Positions 36,217-42,581 of a stretch of DNA of 42,581 bases are shown one piece after another. Position numbers and translations under genes: made by a program. The stretch spans positions 1 to 42,581 of the forward strand of contig DASSXV010000043.1 of NCBI GenBank assembly GCA_035703635.1. The letters are read 5' to 3'. The stretch is from Trueperaceae bacterium. Its GTDB lineage: Bacteria > Deinococcota > Deinococci > Deinococcales > Trueperaceae. Under the pieces are notes generated by a model. It saw only the letters and a program-made list of their open reading frames with translations. It was not told where the DNA came from and ran no database searches. The first letter of the stretch is position 1; each line of letters begins with the position of its first letter.

Positions 36217-36807
36217 GTGAACCGTTATCGCTTTCTTGTCGTTGGCCTCATGGCCGGAGCATTGTCACTTGCCGGATGGGCAGCCGCGTTCACCTGGGGA
36301 GAGTTCGCGTTCCCGCCGGGAGACCACACCTACGTGTTCGAGATCGCAGCCGACTCGCTGGACGCCGGCTCCCTCGTGCGCATCGAGTACGGCTACAAGC
36401 AGGTCGGTGACAGCTACGACACGACTTCGGTGGTGACTGTCACCGGTACTGGAGTTAGCCAAGACGGCCTGTTGGACGGCATGTTCGGCGGTGGCGCTGG
36501 AGCGTTCCTGATGTTCGGGCCGTACTTGGCGTTCTACGGTCCGGCGGCGTTCGTGCTGCCGTTCGTGCTCGGCGACCAGGAGATAGCCGTGCGCAGCGAG
36601 CCGATAGTTGCGGAGGGCATCGCGACGGTTCGCATGGACAGGGCGGAGTCGTACGCCGGTTTCGAGTGCGTTGTCGTCACCATCGAGTTCGACGACGACC
36701 CTGACCTGATGGAGATCGGCCTAGCGGATGGACTGCCCGTGCCGTGCTTCAGCCGCTTCGGCTCCGAAGGTGACCGCACGACGCTGAGGCTCCTCGAGGC
36801 GCGCTAG
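36217..36807 (+). CDS. Exported hypothetical protein
   Basis: AGGAGGT RBS; signal peptide ending WAAA; TATCAT upstream. Confidence 0.75.
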   Translation: MNRYRFLVVGLMAGALSLAGWAAAFTWGEFAFPPGDHTYVFEIAADSLDAGSLVRIEYGYKQVGDSYDTTSVVTVTGTGVSQDGLLDGMFGGGAGAFLMFGPYLAFYGPAAFVLPFVLGDQEIAVRSEPIVAEGIATVRMDRAESYAGFECVVVTIEFDDDPDLMEIGLADGLPVPCFSRFGSEGDRTTLRLLEAR

Positions 36808-36829
36808 CAGCGCTCCACCGCGCGCCTTG

Positions 36830-36871
36830 ATGCGGAAGCGGACACCCTGTGGCGGTGCCCGCTTCCGCGTA
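36830..36871. terminator. Hairpin between convergent genes
   Basis: ATGCGGAAGCGGACACC ... GGTGCCCGCTTCCGCGT inverted repeat with one mismatch. Confidence 0.7.
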
Positions 36872-36886
36872 TGTCGAGTTTGAGAG

Positions 36887-38077
36887 CTAGAAGGCGTTGA
36901 TGCCGGTGATCTCGCGGCCCAAGACGAGGGTGTGAACGGTGTCCGTCCCCTCGTAAGTCGCGACCGTCTCCAGGTTGAGCATGTGCCTGATGGCCGCATA
37001 CTCGGTCGTTATGCCGTTGCCGCCGAGCATGTCGCGCGCTGAGCGGGCCACGTTGAGGGCGCTACGGCAGTTGTCGCGCTTAGCGAGAGAGATGCGGGCA
37101 GGGTGATCCTTACCCTCCCCCTTGAGGCGCCCGAGCTGGTAGGCGAGCAGGTCGGCCTTCGTTATTTCGGAGAGCATGTCGGCCAAGCGTGACTGAACGA
37201 TCTGCTTAGCTGCGAGCGGCTCGCCGAACGCGGGACGGTCTGCAACGTAGGCGCGGGCCTCGTCGAAGCACGCCTGCGCGGCGCCAACGACTCCGAAGGC
37301 GATCCCGAAGCGCGCTTGGTTGAGGCACGAGAGGGGGCCCTTCAGGCCGCTCACTTGTAGCTGGTTGATGGCCGGGACGGTCACCTGGTCGAGATAGAGC
37401 TCGCTGGTGACGGACGCCCTCATCGAGGCTTTGGTCTTGATGTCGACGGCCTGGAAGCCGGGCCTCGTGGTCTCGACGACGAAGCCGAGGATCTTGCCAG
37501 AGTCCTCGTCCTTGGCCCAGACGATCGCAACGTCCGCGCGCGAACCACTCGTGATCCAGCGCTTCACGCCAGTGATGACCCACTCGTCGCCGACCTTGCG
37601 GCAGCGCGTGAGCATGGCGCCCGGGTCAGAGCCGGCGTCCGGCTCGGTCAAGCCGAAGCAGCCGACGGCCTCACCGCTAGCTAGCAGTGGCAGCCAGTGG
37701 TCCTTGATGGCGTCCTGCGCGTATGCGGCGATCGGGTACATGACGAGGCTGGACTGCACGCTCACGAAGGAGCGCATGCCGGAGTCGACGTACTCGATCT
37801 CGCGGCACACGAGGCCGTAAGCCAAGTAGGAGGCGCCAGCGCCGCCGTAACGCTCTGGTAACGTCACGCCGAGCGCCCCGAGGTCGCCAAAACGCCGCGC
37901 GAGGTCTTTAGGGAAGACACCGTCCTGCCACCATTCACCCACGTGAGGCAGTAACTCGGAGCGCACGTACTCACGCACGCTTCCTTGGATCATGCGTTCC
38001 TCTGGGGTGTGCAGTGAGGCGATGTCGTAGAAATCGGTCAGCGCTGGAGCGCTGAGGGTGGCAACCGGGGTCGTCAT
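36887..38077 (-). CDS. Acyl-CoA dehydrogenase, glutaryl-CoA dehydrogenase-like
   Basis: VDSGMRSFVSVQSSLVMYPI, GCFGLTEPDAGSDP, GPLSCLNQARFGI, RHMLNLETVATYEGTDTVHTL. Confidence 0.92.
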   Translation of the reverse strand: MTTPVATLSAPALTDFYDIASLHTPEERMIQGSVREYVRSELLPHVGEWWQDGVFPKDLARRFGDLGALGVTLPERYGGAGASYLAYGLVCREIEYVDSGMRSFVSVQSSLVMYPIAAYAQDAIKDHWLPLLASGEAVGCFGLTEPDAGSDPGAMLTRCRKVGDEWVITGVKRWITSGSRADVAIVWAKDEDSGKILGFVVETTRPGFQAVDIKTKASMRASVTSELYLDQVTVPAINQLQVSGLKGPLSCLNQARFGIAFGVVGAAQACFDEARAYVADRPAFGEPLAAKQIVQSRLADMLSEITKADLLAYQLGRLKGEGKDHPARISLAKRDNCRSALNVARSARDMLGGNGITTEYAAIRHMLNLETVATYEGTDTVHTLVLGREITGINAF

Positions 38078-38108
38078 CGACCGCCTCCTTGTGGGGTTGG
38101 GTTGTCGA

Positions 38109-38351
38109 TCAACCGTCCCCGAAGAGCTTCTTCATGGCGTCCTCCTTGGAGGTCCGCTTGGCGGGGAAGTAGTGGTCCCCGTCGAGCGTGATCTTACCGG
38201 CGCCCTGCAGTGAAACCAAGGCGGCCTCTAGCGTGTCTACCGCGAGCTCCTCGAAGTGGCGCTCGTCGATATGCCGTTGAACGTTGCGGAGGGTCACTCC
38301 CTTGGAGGAGCCGACCTCGACCGCCTCGAGTACCCACGCTTCTACGGTCAT
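38109..38351 (-). CDS. Small hypothetical protein, possibly winged-helix fold
   Basis: 80-aa ORF; TAAACT 6 nt before the ATG; helix-helix-helix-beta-hairpin pattern. Confidence 0.7.
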   Translation of the reverse strand: MTVEAWVLEAVEVGSSKGVTLRNVQRHIDERHFEELAVDTLEAALVSLQGAGKITLDGDHYFPAKRTSKEDAMKKLFGDG

Positions 38352-38436
38352 GCCTAGAGTTTACGCCTCCCGATACTACCTGGAAGTCCCGTGTTGGCGC
38401 CTGACGGTGTACCGCTGGGATTGATTAAGGCGCTGC

Positions 38437-39438
38437 TCAACGCGCAAGCGCGCCGGTGCCCAAGCGCTCCGGTCCGGCGCGGAACGCTTCTTCCTCGCCA
38501 CCGGATAGCTCTGACCACGTGACTTCGCCGTCCATGCTCATGACGTTGACGGGGCAGGCCGGCACGCAGGCGTCGCAGCCAACGCACAGGTCCGGCGTGA
38601 GCATCAGCGCACCTTGCGGTCCGCTTAGGTCGCGCCGTAGCGCGCCGGTAGGGCAAGCGCGAGTGCAAGCGGGGCAGAGGATGCAACCGTCCGCCACCCG
38701 CGGCAAGCGCCATGGGACGAGGGCGGTCGGCTCGGGTTCGGCCGCCGCGATTACGCGGTAGCGGCGCCCCGCCTCTGGTGGAGCTGGCACCTCTCTTTCG
38801 GAGGCTGCTTCCCCAGGTAGCCAAGCCTCGAGGGGCGCGACGGCGTCAGCTACGCCGTGCATGGCGCGGCGGACCCCGCTGCCAAGGAGCGATCGCCTGC
38901 TCACGTGCTCGTGAGCGACGGGGGCGTCTAGACGCGCGACTTCCTGCACGTTGACTAGGAGTTGACGGCCATGCTGCGCCAGCAATGCGTTGGCGTCCGC
39001 GCTTGACCGCGCCACTACGGCGGGCACGTCCGCGCCGCCTACCGTGCAACCCGCACACACCCCGCGCGCTAGGGTCACGGCGTCGGCGCTACCAGCCAAC
39101 CGCACGATGTCGGGGCCAGATAGTTGCGCTAGGCAGCGCACGCTCGGTGCATCGCCAGCGACCTTGCTGCAGCGCAGCGCGGGCCCAGGCTGTAACCGTG
39201 GAGGGTCGGCGAGGGCCTCGCTCGGGCAGGCGCGGATGCACAAGCCGCACCCCGTGCAGTCGACGGCGTCGAGCTCGACCGCGTCCGTGATACGGACGGC
39301 GTCGTGCGGGCAGGCATCGAAGCACGCGCTGCAGGCGTCCCGGCCGCTGCGGACGACCAAGCAGCGGTCGGCGACGTAGTCGGGCTTCACCTCTACGGCG
39401 CGGAAGATCATCGAGAAGAGGTCGTCTAGCCCCGCCAC
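38437..39438 (-). CDS. Polyferredoxin-like 4Fe-4S binding protein
   Basis: CSACFDACP, CTGCGLCIRACP, CILCPACTRACP, CVGCDACVPACP plus extra Cys residues. Confidence 0.9.
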   Translation of the reverse strand: MAGLDDLFSMIFRAVEVKPDYVADRCLVVRSGRDACSACFDACPHDAVRITDAVELDAVDCTGCGLCIRACPSEALADPPRLQPGPALRCSKVAGDAPSVRCLAQLSGPDIVRLAGSADAVTLARGVCAGCTVGGADVPAVVARSSADANALLAQHGRQLLVNVQEVARLDAPVAHEHVSRRSLLGSGVRRAMHGVADAVAPLEAWLPGEAASEREVPAPPEAGRRYRVIAAAEPEPTALVPWRLPRVADGCILCPACTRACPTGALRRDLSGPQGALMLTPDLCVGCDACVPACPVNVMSMDGEVTWSELSGGEEEAFRAGPERLGTGALAR

Positions 39439-39450
39439 CTCGCTGCCCTT

Positions 39451-40551
39451 CTAGAACCCGTACAGTTCTACGCGCTTCTCGCTGAGCTTCGTGTGGTAGC
39501 CCGTGTCGTTCAAGTAGTTGTCGAAGCCAGCGAAGTCCAGCTGTTGCTTCTGATCCGACAGCGCGACGGCCGGGTTCGGGTGCACCTCGACCATGATGCC
39601 GTCTGCCCCAACGGCCAGTCCGGCCTTCGTTAGGGCGACGAGTAGGTCGCGCCTGCCGCCAGAGTGCGTGACGTCCACGAGGACGGGCAGGTGGCTCTCG
39701 AGCTTCGCCAGCGCCACGGCCGACACGTCGAGGGTGTTGCGGGTGTACTGCTCGAAGGTCCTTATTCCGCGCTCGCACAGGATGACGTTCTCGTTGCCCT
39801 CATGCAGCAAGTACTCGGCTGCCATCAGCCACTCTTCGATGGTGGCCGCAAGGCCGCGCTTGAGGAGAACTGGTTTGCGGCTGCGGCCGACGGCGCGTAG
39901 CAGCGTGAAGTTCTGCATGTTGCGCGCGCCGATCTGCAGCAGGTCGACGTACTCCTCGAACAGCGGGAGGTCGCTTGCGGTCATGATCTCGCTGACGAAC
40001 GCCAAGTCGTGCCTATCGCAGACTGCGCGTCCGAGAGCGAGCCCCTCCTCGCCGAGGCCTTGGAACGAGTACGGGTCGGTGCGCGGCTTGTACGCGCCGC
40101 CGCGGAAGAGCTGCACGCCGCGCGCCGCTACCTGCGCGGCCACGGCCTCGACCTGCTCGCGCGACTCGATGGCGCATGGGCCAGCCACGAGCACCGGAGC
40201 GTGCTTCGAACCGATCGGCACGCCTCGAACTTCGACGACGGTGTCTGCTTGGTGCGTGGCGCGCGAGGTCAGGTAGGCGCGCTTCTCTTGCTTCTGGCTC
40301 TGCTGCATGCTCGCCTGGAAGATCTGCTTGAAGAGGCTCTTCACGGTGGCGGCGTCGAAAGGCCCCTGGTTGGCGTCAACGAGTGCGTCGAGCATGGCCT
40401 GTTCACGCACGGGGTCGTACTGCGAGCTGCCATTCGCCGTTTGCAGCGCGCCGATCTCGGCCGCAACGTTCGCGCGAGTGGAGAGCAGGTCGAGGATCTG
40501 GAGGTTTAGGTCATCAATACGAACGCGTAGGCTCTGGATCTTCTCTTGCAT
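39451..40551 (-). CDS. Bifunctional chorismate mutase / 3-deoxy-7-phosphoheptulonate (DAHP) synthase, type I-beta
   Basis: N-terminal AroQ domain (LRVRIDDLNLQILDLL, YDPVREQAML); AGPCAIES, RGGAYKPRT, QIGARNMQNF, LCERGIRTFE. Confidence 0.95.
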   Translation of the reverse strand: MQEKIQSLRVRIDDLNLQILDLLSTRANVAAEIGALQTANGSSQYDPVREQAMLDALVDANQGPFDAATVKSLFKQIFQASMQQSQKQEKRAYLTSRATHQADTVVEVRGVPIGSKHAPVLVAGPCAIESREQVEAVAAQVAARGVQLFRGGAYKPRTDPYSFQGLGEEGLALGRAVCDRHDLAFVSEIMTASDLPLFEEYVDLLQIGARNMQNFTLLRAVGRSRKPVLLKRGLAATIEEWLMAAEYLLHEGNENVILCERGIRTFEQYTRNTLDVSAVALAKLESHLPVLVDVTHSGGRRDLLVALTKAGLAVGADGIMVEVHPNPAVALSDQKQQLDFAGFDNYLNDTGYHTKLSEKRVELYGF

Positions 40552-41248
40552 GCAGCATCCTACGCTGAGAGATACGCACCACGAGTATGGTCAGCTCGTA
40601 AAGCACGACGAGTGGCACGGCCACTAGCGCGAGGTTGAAAGGGTCCCCGGTCGGGGTGATTACGGCGGCGGCGGCCACGCCCCCGATGATCGCCCAGCGG
40701 CGCGTGCGCACGAGCGGCTCGGCACGCAAGATGCCGAGGCGCGCTAGGAGGTAACCCATCACGGGCATCTCGAACATCAACCCGAACATGGCCATGAGCA
40801 TGAGCAGGGTAGAGATGTACTGCCCGATCGAGAGTAGGCCCTGTGCTTCTCCGCCCAAGAACGACAAGAGGATGGGGATCGAGAAGGGCAGCACGACGTA
40901 GTACGCGAAAGCCACGCCGCACGCGAACGCCAATGCCGCGAAGAAGATGAACGGCACGGCGTAGCGGCGCTCGTCGGCGAAGAGGCCGGGCGCCACGAAT
41001 CCCCAGACTTGGCCGAGGATGATGGGTGATGCGAGGACCAGGCCGAAGAACGACGCGATCTGCATCGAGACCGTGAACGGTTCGAGCACCGCGAAGTAGT
41101 TGAGGGTCATGCTCGCTGGCAGCGGGGCCTTCAGCCACTCGAGCACCTCGAAGCGAAAGGCGAACGCCACGCCCGACCCGACGACCCAACCGATCAGAGC
41201 GATGAAGAGGCGCTTGCGCAACTCCTCGAAGTGCTCGATCAGCGTCAT
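40514..41248 (-). CDS. tatC: Twin-arginine translocase subunit TatC
   Basis: MTLIEHFEELRKRL, WGFVAPGL, FEMPV, AAVITPTGDP. Confidence 0.96.
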   Translation of the reverse strand: MTLIEHFEELRKRLFIALIGWVVGSGVAFAFRFEVLEWLKAPLPASMTLNYFAVLEPFTVSMQIASFFGLVLASPIILGQVWGFVAPGLFADERRYAVPFIFFAALAFACGVAFAYYVVLPFSIPILLSFLGGEAQGLLSIGQYISTLLMLMAMFGLMFEMPVMGYLLARLGILRAEPLVRTRRWAIIGGVAAAAVITPTGDPFNLALVAVPLVVLYELTILVVRISQRRMLHAREDPEPTRSY

Positions 41249-41298
41249 GTCGGCCCTGCGGTCGTCACTGGCGTGCTGTGCTTAAAAGCTGTCCGGGC

Positions 41299-41586
41299 TC
41301 AGGCCTGGCCGGAGCCTTGGTTACTCACCTTGGCAGCCGGAGCCTCTGGCGCGGGAACGGTGGCTGTAACGGGCGCGGCTGCGGCGACAGGCGCTGCCTT
41401 GGCCTGATCATCCGCGGTCTCGTCATCGAAGTCCTTCTTCATGTCGCGAACGCCTTTACGGAACTCGCGCACGGACTGGCCAAGCCCCTTCGCCATCTCT
41501 GGGAGCCTCTTCGGCCCGAAGATGAGCAGCACTAAAGCGAGGATGATAAGCAGTTCCGGGATACCGATCGGTCCGATTCTTCCCAT
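41299..41586 (-). CDS. tatA: Twin-arginine translocase subunit TatA
   Basis: GIPELLIILALVLLIFGPKRLPEMAKGLGQSVREFRKG; GGAGG before ATG 41586. Confidence 0.95.
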   Translation of the reverse strand: MGRIGPIGIPELLIILALVLLIFGPKRLPEMAKGLGQSVREFRKGVRDMKKDFDDETADDQAKAAPVAAAAPVTATVPAPEAPAAKVSNQGSGQA

Positions 41587-41739
41587 GGTGGTGCCTCCAA
41601 ACAGCGTCATGCTAGCAACTGCCGGGGCCAGGCGGGTGTGATGCTGGACGCGGAGCGCTGTAGCCGCGCCATTTCGGACGCTGATCGAGGGCGCCCTCGT
41701 GCCGGCCCTGAGGCGCGTGAGGCCCGTCCTGGACGTCGG

Positions 41740-41768
41740 TTGACAGGTTATGCGGCGCGTGCTAGCTT
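41740..41768 (+). promoter_or_regulatory. Promoter of the tRNA-tuf operon
   Basis: TTGACA, 17 nt, extended -10 TGcTAGCTT. Confidence 0.8.
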
Positions 41769-41793
41769 ACCTACTCGGGTTCGCGGCCAGGCT

Positions 41794-41869
<76 letters not shown>

Positions 41870-41917
41870 GTCACGAGAGGAGCAAGTCACTGCCGGTGGA
41901 GTAACGATGCGAGGCGC

Positions 41918-42002
41918 GGGTAGGTGCCCGAGTGGTTAAAGGGGACGGACTGTAAATCCGTTGGCTTAGCCTACGCTGGTTCAAATCCAGCCCTGCCCAC
42001 CA
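41918..42002 (+). tRNA. tRNA-Tyr(GTA)
   Basis: Anticodon loop CTGTAAA, long variable arm, encoded CCA. Confidence 0.97.
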
Positions 42003-42102
42003 GCCGCATCGATCGCGAGAGCGATCACCGGTAGTCTGCCGCGGAGCGCGAGCTCCTAGGCAAAGCACTGGCGAACCGGTTCCCGTGATCGGTTCCCGGT
42101 AC

Positions 42103-42178
<76 letters not shown>

Positions 42179-42246
42179 GAGCAGTCGGTGCGCCTAGCGG
42201 CGCCGCGGCTGTTGCCGAAGCAAGTGCAGTGTTTAGGCTGCGGTCG

Positions 42247-42321
<75 letters not shown>

Positions 42322-42441
42322 AAACTAGTTGGCAGGCCGGCGAGAGTCGCGAGCGTCTTCAGGCGCCCTGCGGCTCCTTCCGGCTGCCACTGCAAGTAGC
42401 ATGTGCGGATCCTCCAAGAATGGTGGACCACGAAAGGGTAG

Positions 42442-42581
<140 letters not shown>

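Overview
High-GC bacterial chromosomal segment, most likely Deinococcota (Truepera/Deinococcus-like, judged from the RecA Walker A GPESGGKT, the zinc-free Deinococcus-type L31, the csaB-DUF5693 pair and many leaderless genes). It runs from the 5' part of recA (cut at base 1) to the 5' part of tuf (cut at the end). Content is mostly core genes: cinA, an AAA+/VWA pair, pyrG-udk-DUF5693-csaB-TPR, gmk-rpoZ-argR, an orphan GAF histidine kinase, rpmE, sufE, aroA-cmk-NAD kinase, zapE, a cobalamin riboswitch with btuFCD, sqdB-sqdX sulfolipid genes, a DUF1998 helicase, an acyl-CoA dehydrogenase, a polyferredoxin, a chorismate mutase-DAHP synthase fusion, tatAC and four tRNAs. I saw no mobile element, CRISPR array or defence island. 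The most unusual signals are: (1) recA and tuf are almost entirely written in G/T-ending codons, with sharp boundaries, unlike all other genes; (2) a candidate ~92-nt three-hairpin sRNA with C-rich anti-Shine-Dalgarno loops, transcribed divergently from cinA-recA; (3) a cyanobacterial-type sqdBX pair in a non-phototroph; (4) a CinA whose NMN deamidase domain appears catalytically dead; (5) a leaderless 15-aa uORF coupled to the orphan kinase. Family assignments come from motif recognition by eye, not database searches.
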